From an uncultured Planctomycetota bacterium (GTDB lineage Bacteria > Planctomycetota > PLA2 > JAEUHO01), in assembly GCA_963752285.1 (NCBI GenBank), contig CAVVXN010000005.1:448001-512000 (forward strand): 64,000 nt of DNA. Reading direction: 5' to 3'. Below, in pieces: positions 46,748 to 55,651 of the stretch. The notes under the pieces were generated by a model. It was not told the origin of the DNA and did not search any database. It saw only the letters and a list, made by a program, of their open reading frames with translations. The translations under genes and the position numbers were made by a program. The stretch's first letter is position 1, and the number at the start of each line of letters is the position of its first letter.

Positions 46748-49341
46748 CGGGCCCCATGTACGACATGGGAACCACCGAGCCGCTGAAGCTCTACCTGGAC
46801 GACGACACCGAGCCGTTCAAGGTCGCGCCGCCTCCGCTGACGTTCCAGTTCAACACCATCTCGCTCCCGGACGGTCCGCACCGCCTGCGGATCGAGGCCC
46901 CGAACGGCCTCGCGCCGCCGACGATCCGCGAGATCCCGTTCGTCGTCCGAAACGGCGTCGCCATCACCGTGTCGGGCCTCGAGTCCTCGCAGACGATCGC
47001 GGGGCAGGTCCAGATGGTGATCAACGCGTACGCGGGGAACACCGAGGTCGACTTCGAGCCCCACCGCGCCGAGACGCCGCAGCCGATCCCCACCTGGGCG
47101 TGGGTGGTGCTCCTCGGCGTGGCGGCGTGGGCGCTCTTCTACGTCTTGAATCCCCAGGTTCGCGGCCCGGCCGAGGCGAGCGCGGCCACCTCCAACGACG
47201 CCATGCTCGGCGAGCGCGTGTTCATGGACGTGTGCGCACGCTGTCACGGGGAGGACGGGAAGGGCCAGCCGCCGAAGGTCCCGCCCCTCCGTGACTCCGA
47301 CATCGCGCTCGCCGAGACGCCGGCCGACCTGCTGGTGAAGGTCACGGCTTCCACCCCGGGCTCGATGATGCCCGAGTGGGGCACGCGTCTCACGAACGAG
47401 GAGATCATCGCCGCCGTGAACCACGTGCGGCGTTCCTGGGGGCACGACGGCAGCCCGATCCTCCTGTCGCACGCCCGGCCGCCCCCGCCGATCGCCGAGC
47501 TCCAGGAGGAGTTCACGCGCGCGCTCGAGGCGAAGGACGTCTCCGCGCTCTACGACTGCTGCATCCCGACGGGCGGCATCACGCCGCAGCTGTTCCGCAC
47601 CGACGGCATCGACGCCCGCGGTCGGGACGCGGTGGCCGTGGCGTGGCAGAACTTCATCGAGGAGCTGGAGCGGGCGGGCTCCGAGGTCCGCCACATCTCG
47701 TATCCGGACGACCGCTACGACTACGACCCGACGACGATCGACCAGGACGGGAGCATCGTGATCGGCGCGGGACGCATCTTCGTCGAGACGCGCGACCGGA
47801 GCGGCAAGCAGGACCGGGACAAGGGTCGCTTCCTGCACGTCTACCAGCGCCACGAAGGCCGCTGGCGATTGGTGTTCGACTTCGCCGACATTCGGATGGC
47901 GATCGGCTGCCTGCCCGGCGCGGGCGAGCGGATCTGCCCGGAGCCCGGCGAGGTTCCGCGTCCGACGAACGGCACGCCGCCCGCGACCACGGGACCGAAC
48001 CCCACCGTCGTGCCGCCGACCGACACGGGCCCTCGCCCCGGACCCGGCCCGTCCGCCGCGCCCGGTCCCGGCCAGGCCGCGGGCGTCGGCTACGCCCAGG
48101 TCCAGCAGATCGTCCGGAAGCTCGGGAAGCAGGCGCGGTCGGCCCCGCACGAGTCGTTCTGGGAGTTCCCGTACAAGGACTTCGTGGGCTTCTCCTTCCC
48201 CGAGGACTTCGGTGAGGAGGGAATGATCCAGGCGGTCGTTCCCTGGTCGTCGAAGGACTCGAACCTGATCCGCGCGCTCCGGGACGGGAAGGGCATCGTC
48301 GTGCGGTACCCGAACGGCACGACGAAGGTGCGAAACGACATCGGTCGCATGCCGAAGGGCGGACCGTTCCTGTCGGACGCGGACATCCAGACGATCGCCG
48401 CGTGGATCGACGCGGGCTGCCCCGAGGTCGCGGGCAAGCCGAGCGCCCTCCCGCGGCCCGCGGGCGCGGCCACGCCCGCGCCCGGCGGCGACAACACCTC
48501 GCCGCCGGACCCGTTCGCCCCCGGTCCGACCCCGGGTCCCGCGCCCGGGTTCCCCCCTGCCGGGGGCGGGGACACGACGCCCGCACCGGGCTTCCCGGCG
48601 CCGTCCGGCGGGGGCGACGCACCGCCCGCGCCCGGGTTCCCGGCGCCGTCCGGCGGGGGCGACGCACCGCCCGCGCCCGGGTTCCCGGCGCCCTCCGGCG
48701 GAGGCGACGCAGCGCCCGCGCCCGGGTTCCCCGCGCCGTCGGGCTTCCCACCGGCGTCCGACGCCGGCGCGGCGCCACCCTCGCCGGGGTTCCCGGCGCC
48801 CTCGGACGCCGGCGCCGCGCCCGCCCCGTCTGCGTTCCCTCCGCCCTCGGACGCCGGATCGCCCCCGGCGCCTGCCGGCTTCCCGCCGCCCGACGGGACG
48901 GAGACGCCACCGGCCTTTCCGCCGCCCACCGCGGCGGGCGGCGCGCCCGGGGCGCCGAAGGTCACGGGACCCGTGATCGGCTACGCGGCCGTCCGCGCCC
49001 TCCTCGCGCGCGTCCCCACGAACGCGCCGGTGCGCCTCGGCGACGTCGCGTACGCCGACCTGTTGAAGCTGAGCTTCCGTCCGCCGACGGGACCGGGCGT
49101 CATCCGTCTCGTGGTGCCCGGGGACCCCGCGCGGTCGAACCTGCTGCGCCTCCTCGCCGACGGCAAGGGCGTCGCGGTCACGGACGACCCCGACGCGGCG
49201 GACACGACGGCGATCCGCCGGATCGACGTGGCGCCACTGCGAGGTCCGGACGGAGGACTCGCGGTCGGGGACGTGGAGCAGGTCCGCCGCTGGATCGCTG
49301 CGGGCTGCCCCGAGGCGCCGGTCCCCGCGCCGGTGCGCTGA
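46744..49341 (+). CDS. Multidomain c-type cytochrome (beta-rich domain, TM, CxxCH cytochrome, NTF2-like domain, two CxxCH-less cytochrome-like modules, Pro-rich repeats)
   Basis: CARCH...MP.W..L...EI..V..HVR; GRF..VY....G.WRLVFD; two modules with SNL...L.DGKG and W(I).AGCPE. Confidence 0.8.
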   Translation: MTGPMYDMGTTEPLKLYLDDDTEPFKVAPPPLTFQFNTISLPDGPHRLRIEAPNGLAPPTIREIPFVVRNGVAITVSGLESSQTIAGQVQMVINAYAGNTEVDFEPHRAETPQPIPTWAWVVLLGVAAWALFYVLNPQVRGPAEASAATSNDAMLGERVFMDVCARCHGEDGKGQPPKVPPLRDSDIALAETPADLLVKVTASTPGSMMPEWGTRLTNEEIIAAVNHVRRSWGHDGSPILLSHARPPPPIAELQEEFTRALEAKDVSALYDCCIPTGGITPQLFRTDGIDARGRDAVAVAWQNFIEELERAGSEVRHISYPDDRYDYDPTTIDQDGSIVIGAGRIFVETRDRSGKQDRDKGRFLHVYQRHEGRWRLVFDFADIRMAIGCLPGAGERICPEPGEVPRPTNGTPPATTGPNPTVVPPTDTGPRPGPGPSAAPGPGQAAGVGYAQVQQIVRKLGKQARSAPHESFWEFPYKDFVGFSFPEDFGEEGMIQAVVPWSSKDSNLIRALRDGKGIVVRYPNGTTKVRNDIGRMPKGGPFLSDADIQTIAAWIDAGCPEVAGKPSALPRPAGAATPAPGGDNTSPPDPFAPGPTPGPAPGFPPAGGGDTTPAPGFPAPSGGGDAPPAPGFPAPSGGGDAPPAPGFPAPSGGGDAAPAPGFPAPSGFPPASDAGAAPPSPGFPAPSDAGAAPAPSAFPPPSDAGSPPAPAGFPPPDGTETPPAFPPPTAAGGAPGAPKVTGPVIGYAAVRALLARVPTNAPVRLGDVAYADLLKLSFRPPTGPGVIRLVVPGDPARSNLLRLLADGKGVAVTDDPDAADTTAIRRIDVAPLRGPDGGLAVGDVEQVRRWIAAGCPEAPVPAPVR
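48538..48740 (+). repeat. Coding 45-bp tandem repeat (PAPGFPAPSGGGDAP)
   Basis: Unit TTCCCGGCGCCGTCCGGCGGGGGCGACGCACCGCCCGCGCCCGGG starts at 48592, 48637, 48682 and partially at 48727; degenerate units flank it. Confidence 0.9.
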
Positions 49342-49529
49342 CGGGCGCCGCCTCCGCGGACCCGACCGGAGCCTCGAACCCCCGAGCGACACGGACCCCC
49401 TGACGACCTGTCGCGCCGCCGGCGGGGCCGGCCCCGGCCCGGGAAGGCCGTCCAAGACGTGCCGCGCCCGCCCTCGCGCTTGGCTCGGGCGCCCGACCGG
49501 GGTATGTTCCGCGCCCTGACGAACCGGGT

Positions 49530-49605
49530 GCCTGCTTAGCTCAATTGGTAGAGCAGCGGACTCTTAATCCGTTGGTTCGGGGTTCGAGTCCCTGAGCAGG
49601 CACCA
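49530..49605 (+). tRNA. tRNA-Lys (anticodon CTT)
   Basis: Acceptor stem GCCTGCT/AGCAGGC, anticodon arm GCGGA-CTCTTAA-TCCGT, T-loop GTTCGAG, encoded CCA. Confidence 0.97.
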
Positions 49606-49646
49606 CTCTCCCTCGGCGATTCTTGGCCCGCCGGGGCTTTGCAACC

Positions 49647-50120
49647 TCAGCAGTCGCAGCAGGTTGCGTTCGTCCCGCATCGCGGTCGCTTCGCCACGCC
49701 GGTGCGCCGCTTGCGCTGTTGGTTCGGGTTCTCGCAGCTGTTGGACGTCCGCAGGCGCTTTCGCTGGGCCGCGGTGAGTCCGAGGTCGAACACCGTGAAT
49801 CCGTCCGGCACGCTCTCCTCGGCCCACGCCGCGAGGCGGGGTGCCGTCCCGCGCCAGGCGGCCACGGCCGCGGCGAGCTTCTCGGTGACCTCGCGGCGCG
49901 TCGAGCCGTTGAACACGGCCCGGAGCTCCACCGCGACCTTCTCTCGGTCGGCGACACGGGGCACGTAGGCCTGGGCGTTCTGCTGCAGGTGGATCTGGCA
50001 GCGCTGCCAGGCCACGTCGGCGAGCAGCACCCGGATCGCCTCGCTCATGCCGCCGAAGTCCTCTTCGGCGACCACTTCCAGGATCCGATCGATGGACGTA
50101 GCCTGCGGGTGGTGGGTCGC
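49647..50120 (-). pseudogene. IS256-family transposase remnant with internal deletion
   Basis: WQRCQIHLQQNA, LRTSN..E..NQ..KRRT.V motifs; N-terminal THHPQATSIDRILEVV joined directly to the CxxH region; GCG sits where the start codon is expected after AGGAGG. Confidence 0.85.
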
Positions 50121-50200
50121 GCCGGTTCCTCCTGCTTGGTTTGGTCACCTGCAGTTGGATCGGCGCTGATCCGCCACCGCTTTCCCCCCGGCGCGGTCGC

Positions 50201-50255
50201 GCCGGGGCCCTCTCGCTTCCGCTCGCTACGCTCGCTGCAGCGAGAGGGCCCCGGC
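50201..50255. repeat. Perfect 17-bp inverted repeat in the IS256 leader
   Basis: GCCGGGGCCCTCTCGCT pairs with AGCGAGAGGGCCCCGGC around a 21-nt loop containing CGCTCGCT twice. Confidence 0.85.
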
Positions 50256-50272
50256 TCCTCCGGTCGGGGAGG

Positions 50273-50298
50273 CATTTACAGATAGAACGTTACACCCC
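50273..50298 (-). mobile_element. Probable left terminal inverted repeat of the IS256 element
   Basis: Minus strand reads GGGGTGTAACGTTCTATCTGTAAATG, an AT-rich end resembling IS256 termini, upstream of the transposase remnant. Confidence 0.55.
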
Positions 50299-50483
50299 CG
50301 GACGTCGCGCCGAGCGTGGGACGGGTTGGGCTGGGGCTCCCTGATCGGGCGAGCTACCATGCGCGGGTGGCATCGTAGACGGCGGTAACGTGTCTCGTAG
50401 TACGATCGGGAGGCGACGGGCTTTCCGGTGGCTGGGGGCCAGCCCGGCGCCGGTGCCCTGGCGCTGGGGAAAGGAGGGCCCCC

Positions 50484-52103
50484 ATGGCGAGTCGACTCGC
50501 TTTGCGTGTTCGTGGTCACGGGATCTTCAGAACCTCCCTCCTACTCGTGGGACTTCTCGCGGCGGCTTCCGCGGTCGCGCTGGCGGACAGTCCTGTTGCG
50601 CCCGCAAAACCAGCGCCCGTCCCCGCAGTCGATCTCGATCTGCTCCTGAACCAACTGTTTCCTCTGGTCAAGGATCCAGCCTTCAACAGCCTCGGGGTCC
50701 GGAAGGGCGAGGAGCTGACGCGCGCTGTATTGGAGCGACTTCCAGTGGGTCGGCGGGCGGAGATCGCTCTCGGCCTCGCGGATGCGCGCATGGGGACCGC
50801 GATGATCTTCAGCGTTCCCGCCACATTGGACGCTTACGTTCTTGACTTTCGTCGGCCGGAGGACGCCCGCGCCTTCGTGAGCGCCATGCGTGCCGCCTCC
50901 GAACAGCAGGACGCGACCAGGGACGGCCATCCCGACACCGACCGGATTCTGGAGGCTACATACGACAAGGGCGCCGGGCCGGATGGTCGCATGCCAGGCT
51001 ACGTCGTCCGAAAGCGAAAAACGCGCGGCAATCGCCCTTTCCAGCTACTCAGCGAGGTGGCCCAGTTGGGATCGATCGTCGTCATGATCGATGTCGAGAA
51101 CTTGGTGGACATCGGCCGCCGCGAACTCGATGACGCGATCGCGCGCGTCGAGGCCGCCCTCGCGAACCCCGACGCCGCGCGGAAGGCGCCGAGTGCGAGA
51201 CCGGTCCTCCTCCGTTCACTCGGTCCACTGACGTCCGTGCGTGCCGTCGGAGCGGACGGAAGCCGTGTGCCCCGCTTCAACTACCTGGTGCAGTGGGAGG
51301 AGACGGGCGGCTATATGAGTGATTCCGGTGGCGCCGAGGGCGTCGCTCTGGTGCGCGTGCCGCCGCACGTATCTTGCGTGGTGAAAGTGTGGGCCGCTCG
51401 CTCCGCTACGGACGAGCCATTGCCCTGGGGACCGGCGTCAGGGGAGTTCAAGGCCGACTCCCAGGATGCGGAGATCAGGTTGCCAACGGGTCTGGCCCTC
51501 TCGGGCACCGTCCGCGACGGGCAGGGCGAGGCGGTCGAGGACGTCCGCGTGGTGGCAATCACGACGGAAGGTGAACGCGGGATGCCCGCGAGTGCCCTTC
51601 CACCGGGCGGACTAGGGGTGTCAGACGCCTTCGACGCGCACGGCCAGGACACGAGCGGGTCGGACGGGACCTTCTGCCTGCAGGGCCTCGGCCCAGCACG
51701 CTACCGGGTCACGGTTGCCCCTGATCGGGAGTGGTTCACGGTCAATGACGTGGAGTCCGATGCGGGGTCGGAAGTCCCAGTCACGTTGGTCGTCGAGAAG
51801 GCAGTGGCCGTCGACGTCGTGGTTCTCGGGCCGGACGAGAAGCCAGTAGTAGGAGCCGAGGTCTCCGCGTTCTCCGTCCGGAAAGGCCGAGTCACTTCTG
51901 TTCGTTGGGACCGTGATCTGACGTTCACGACCGACGGATCGGGTGTGGCTCACATGCGCGGTCTCAGGCCGGGCGGGAACTACCGACTGAGCGTGCGTCC
52001 ACCCAAGGAGCGAGAGGATCTCAGCTCGCGCGATCAGGAAGACTGGTCGCCGGAGGCGACGATCGTGCGGCTCGACGCAGTGGGGGCGGTCAAGACGCGA
52101 TGA
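50484..52103 (+). CDS. Secreted protein with C-terminal carboxypeptidase-regulatory-like domains (island cargo)
   Basis: AGGAGG RBS, signal peptide, LSGTVRD..G..V..V.V, SG.DG.F.L.GL....YRV.V; codon usage less GC-biased than the flanks. Confidence 0.75.
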   Translation: MASRLALRVRGHGIFRTSLLLVGLLAAASAVALADSPVAPAKPAPVPAVDLDLLLNQLFPLVKDPAFNSLGVRKGEELTRAVLERLPVGRRAEIALGLADARMGTAMIFSVPATLDAYVLDFRRPEDARAFVSAMRAASEQQDATRDGHPDTDRILEATYDKGAGPDGRMPGYVVRKRKTRGNRPFQLLSEVAQLGSIVVMIDVENLVDIGRRELDDAIARVEAALANPDAARKAPSARPVLLRSLGPLTSVRAVGADGSRVPRFNYLVQWEETGGYMSDSGGAEGVALVRVPPHVSCVVKVWAARSATDEPLPWGPASGEFKADSQDAEIRLPTGLALSGTVRDGQGEAVEDVRVVAITTEGERGMPASALPPGGLGVSDAFDAHGQDTSGSDGTFCLQGLGPARYRVTVAPDREWFTVNDVESDAGSEVPVTLVVEKAVAVDVVVLGPDEKPVVGAEVSAFSVRKGRVTSVRWDRDLTFTTDGSGVAHMRGLRPGGNYRLSVRPPKEREDLSSRDQEDWSPEATIVRLDAVGAVKTR

Positions 52104-52139
52104 GGCGCGGTTACCGCCGCGGCGTCGCGGTGCGCCGAC

Positions 52140-52640
52140 CTGCCACGCGAGCGACGAGGAGAAGCGGGTGATCCTGGCGCTGGTGGCGTTGCTCGGAACG
52201 CGCCTCTCCTACGAGCGGATCCGGTACTTCCTGACGGGGCTCGGCCGGCGGGACTTCGCTAAGGACCGGGAGCGAGGGCCCACCACCTGGAGGCGTGGGC
52301 CGGACGGCCCGACGAGTGGACCTTGGAGGACCTGGAGCGTGCTCGATGCTGCGGCAACGAGTTCCGACGCCCGTTCGGGCGAAGCCGGCCCGTGCCGGCG
52401 GGCGTCTGGGCGACGCGGCGACCGCCGACGACGGAGGCGTGCGACGCCCTTCGCGACGCGCTCGCCCGTCACCGGGAGGCGCTGGCCGCGGTACGACATC
52501 CCGAGTCGGGACGTTCCCGACTCGCGCTCGACGAGCGCACGGCGATCACGCGCGCGCTCACCGAGCCGGGCTACCTGGAGTTCAAGACGAGGCGCGTTTC
52601 TCTACCCATTTCCCCGCCCTTGGCGGCAGGGATTCTCTGA
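52140..52640 (+). pseudogene. Frameshifted gene fragment of unrecognised family
   Basis: Two overlapping frames each look protein-like (SDEEKRVILALVALLGTRLSYERIRYFL; WTLEDLERAR...EPGYLEFK) with no clean start. Confidence 0.35.
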
Positions 52641-52815
52641 GGACCACACTTGGGGGACCTGATGGAACCCGGAATTGGATTCTGCCAATGAGAGTGCGAG
52701 AGCTAGCCCGCATGACCCACGAAGGCCGGCGGGAGGGCAGCTGGCTCCGCCCGCGGTGCGCGCTGATGCATATGCTGATTCGGGTTGGCAGCTGTGGTCT
52801 GAGGATCGCCGGCAC

Positions 52816-54414
52816 ATGAGCACCCAGCCCCACGCATTCCACTTCGATAGGCCGCATGTGCCTTTTGAGTCACAGTGCGGGGGGAGAAGGCTAGGGGGCG
52901 TCCTGGTTCTCCTGGCAATGGCGTTCGCGGTCGGACGCGCAGGGGCGGCGCCCGCTGCCCCAGAGACTGAGACTCTGCTGCATGAGCCCGTGCAAATCTT
53001 TGACACTTGGGACACGATGACGCTGTGGTCTAGGAGTAAGGTAGAATTGACCGATGTAGAGGAGGGGATGCGTAAGATCCTAACGGACGACCTCAGTCGA
53101 TTGGCGGTCAAGGAAGCGGTGGTCCAAGCCGATCTCGCGGCCTGTGACGTAGTCGTCGTCCCGGACCGGCACGATGTGCCACAACTTGCTGCGGCCGTTC
53201 CCTTGGTAGTGGGCATGCTGGCGGGAGAGGGAAGTCCGGACAATCAGGTAGACGTTGCCTTGGAGTTTCTGCCGCTGGGGTTCGACGCAACCATCTCACA
53301 ACGCAGTGCACGCGGACCCGATGCATCGCCCGCCGAGGAAGTCTTGGCGAAGGTGAAGGGGGTAAGCACTTGGCCGACGTTGGGTTACGAGTCGGCGTTT
53401 CGAGACCCTCGGCTCCGTGGCGTTTCGATCCATGGGTTCTACCCGGGGCCGTCCAAGGGAAACCAGCCACAAGCCTCGCGACTCCCTCCTGCGTATGCGA
53501 GCCCTCTCACTCTCTTAGCGAAACGCATCTGTCGATCCGCGTCGTCGAGAATGCGTAAGCTCGTAATCCTCGTCGGGTCGGCACATCTTTGTCCGCCTGA
53601 TGACTGCGTGCGCGTGCTCCGCGAGGCGGGATTCACGGTGGGTGTTGTTGGCCCTCTTCTCGAAGACTGGGAGTCAGCCCTTCAGCATCGATTCGGGTCG
53701 CGGGCGGACCGGGGATGGCTGCAGTTGGGTGACCACGTATTCCGGGCGCCTTGGCTGACGAACGTGACGATTATAGACCAACCAAGGACATTTGAAGCTC
53801 CGAAGCCGCAGCGGCCGTGCCCGGATGGTGTTTTTGCGCGCCTTGTGAGCGAGGGGAGCGATGCGGATACGCGGATAGGGCTCTACGTGGATGACACAGT
53901 CTCTCGGCTGCGCGAGAGGATCTTCGATGATTCTGCCGCGGGCGTGTCCAGGCTTCGCGCACTATTCGCGCTGAATCGTCTGGCCGAGGTTTGGAGTGCA
54001 GCCCGATCGACGCTGGTGGACGTTGCCCTATCTGGCAGTAGATACGCATTGCCCGCGGCGAGCGGCCTTGCTGGGTGTGGCTGGAGCGAAGGAACGACGG
54101 TTCGCATACGCCAGGCATTGCGCGACAAGACAGTCGGATCAAGTGTGGGTTTCTTCTTGGCTCTTTACTTGGGTGACTACCTCGAGGAGGAGCCGGCGGT
54201 TGCCGACACCCTGGTGAGTGTTCTTCAGTCGAGAATGTCGCTCGCCATTCGCCGGCGGGCCGCTATCGTACTTGCCAATTACGGGCACGGATGCGCGCCC
54301 ATCAGAGATCGGTTGATGCAGGTTGTAGCCGACCCTGACCCGACAATTGCACGTGCGGTTCGGCTGGCCCTGGATCGATCGACCGACGGGACGTTAGGGT
54401 CCGCTACGAAATAG
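52816..54414 (+). CDS. Hypothetical exported protein with C-terminal HEAT-like repeats (island cargo)
   Basis: 579-codon open frame in lower-GC DNA; hydrophobic signal-like segment; RRRAAIVLA, DPDPTIARAVRLAL; start uncertain. Confidence 0.65.
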   Translation: MSTQPHAFHFDRPHVPFESQCGGRRLGGVLVLLAMAFAVGRAGAAPAAPETETLLHEPVQIFDTWDTMTLWSRSKVELTDVEEGMRKILTDDLSRLAVKEAVVQADLAACDVVVVPDRHDVPQLAAAVPLVVGMLAGEGSPDNQVDVALEFLPLGFDATISQRSARGPDASPAEEVLAKVKGVSTWPTLGYESAFRDPRLRGVSIHGFYPGPSKGNQPQASRLPPAYASPLTLLAKRICRSASSRMRKLVILVGSAHLCPPDDCVRVLREAGFTVGVVGPLLEDWESALQHRFGSRADRGWLQLGDHVFRAPWLTNVTIIDQPRTFEAPKPQRPCPDGVFARLVSEGSDADTRIGLYVDDTVSRLRERIFDDSAAGVSRLRALFALNRLAEVWSAARSTLVDVALSGSRYALPAASGLAGCGWSEGTTVRIRQALRDKTVGSSVGFFLALYLGDYLEEEPAVADTLVSVLQSRMSLAIRRRAAIVLANYGHGCAPIRDRLMQVVADPDPTIARAVRLALDRSTDGTLGSATK

Positions 54415-55129
54415 CTGAAGCATTCGTGCGGCCCATTCGATCTCATGGGGCGTGGCCGCCGGTGGTGTGCTGCCGCCGAGGGTGCGTGAATCCGGGCCGC
54501 AGCGGAGGTGCGCATCAGTCGCTTCTGTAGATTCCTGCCGTGTACTCGAACACGGGGACGGTGGGTCGTCTTGCCGCGACGAGGGCCGCGGCGGGCGCGA
54601 GCAGGACGGTGGTACGTACGTTCGCGCTGGCCGTGCGGAGGCTTGAGGTGTCGGAGGTCCTCCTTGGCCGTCAGGCGCTGCACACGCCGCAGCGTGGGGC
54701 CTGGTTGGGGGCCAGCCGGGGCGGCACGGGCCTCGCGGCGATGCGTGGCGAGGAGCTCGGGGACGTGGGCGCCGGTCGAGGAGTTCGGGCCGAATTCGTA
54801 AGATTTCACGAGGCGGAACGCGCCTGCTGATGCGACTGCTTACGTGAGAGGCCAGTGTCCGAGGATGCGTCCCCCCACAGCCAGGCACCCATTGAGGTCC
54901 GGGCCCTCATTGGCCCCGGCACGGGGGCCGAGCTTTCCAACATGCCCCTGGCGCGGCTGGCGGGCGACCTACTAGAGGCAGCTTGGCCGGCCGTCCCGCC
55001 CGATGTCCAGCGGCAGTTGGTTGAAGCCTTGCTGACCAATCTTGAGGGCGTGCAGGAGGTCGCCGCTTCGCTCCTACGCGACGACTCCGGGGCGTGCCCC
55101 CACCTCGGGCTCCCGTCATACTGCGCGTT

Positions 55130-55570
55130 CAACCGTTCCACGGTGATCGTCGTCAGGACCACCGAGCCTCGCTCGTGGCGGCCGGAGATGACCTGGAACA
55201 GGAGATCCGCCCTGTGACGGTCGATGGGCAGGTAGCCGAGCTCACCGAGGCAGAGAACGTCGGGAGCCAGGTAGGAGCGTAGTCGTCTGAGGAACGTGCC
55301 GTCGCTGTGAGCGGCGTGCAGCTGGTTCACCACGTTGATCGCCGTGGAGAAGAGCACGCGATGTCCCCGCTGGCAGGCGGCGTAGCAGAGCGCGGAGGCG
55401 AGGTGGGTCTCGGGAAGGTTCGACCACTCGATCCTCGACATCACGCCCCGAAGGTCAGACGGGGGAGCTCGTCGGTGAGCCGCTCCCGCTCGCTCGGGTA
55501 CTTCTTGCTACGCAAACGCTCCAGCAGCTCGAGGTAGTGGCGCTCCTGTCGCTCCTTGCCCCCGCGCCCT
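55130..55570 (-). pseudogene. istB: IS21-family helper ATPase (IstB) remnant
   Basis: THLASALCYAACQRGHRVLFSTA, LCLGELGYLPID...ADLLFQVISGRHERGSVVLTT; Walker A truncated and Walker B Asp replaced by Gly. Confidence 0.85.
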
Positions 55571-55651
55571 GTCGAGGCACGATGGAGCTCGCGTTCATCG
55601 ACGGCGTGTGGGAGCGTGTGCGCACCGGGGCCGCCGCGTGCGGCTGCGAGC

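Larger units (their letters stand above)
49606..55600. mobile_element. Decayed tRNA-Lys-associated genomic island
   Basis: Starts right after the tRNA; IS256 and IS21 remnants, frameshifted fragments and visibly lower-GC cargo; right border approximate. Confidence 0.7.

Noticed and set aside
48538..48930. Regularly spaced repeats as a possible CRISPR array
   Set aside because: Head-to-tail in-frame coding units with no unique spacers and no cas genes
54420..55120. Possible integrase or IS3-type fragments (RRVQRLTAKEDLR, PHGQRERTY) and a 120-aa plus-strand ORF
   Set aside because: Matches too short and degenerate to assign; needs BLASTX
49580..55650. attL/attR duplication of the tRNA-Lys 3' end and an integrase gene
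   Set aside because: No second copy of the tRNA 3' sequence and no convincing recombinase ORF found by eye
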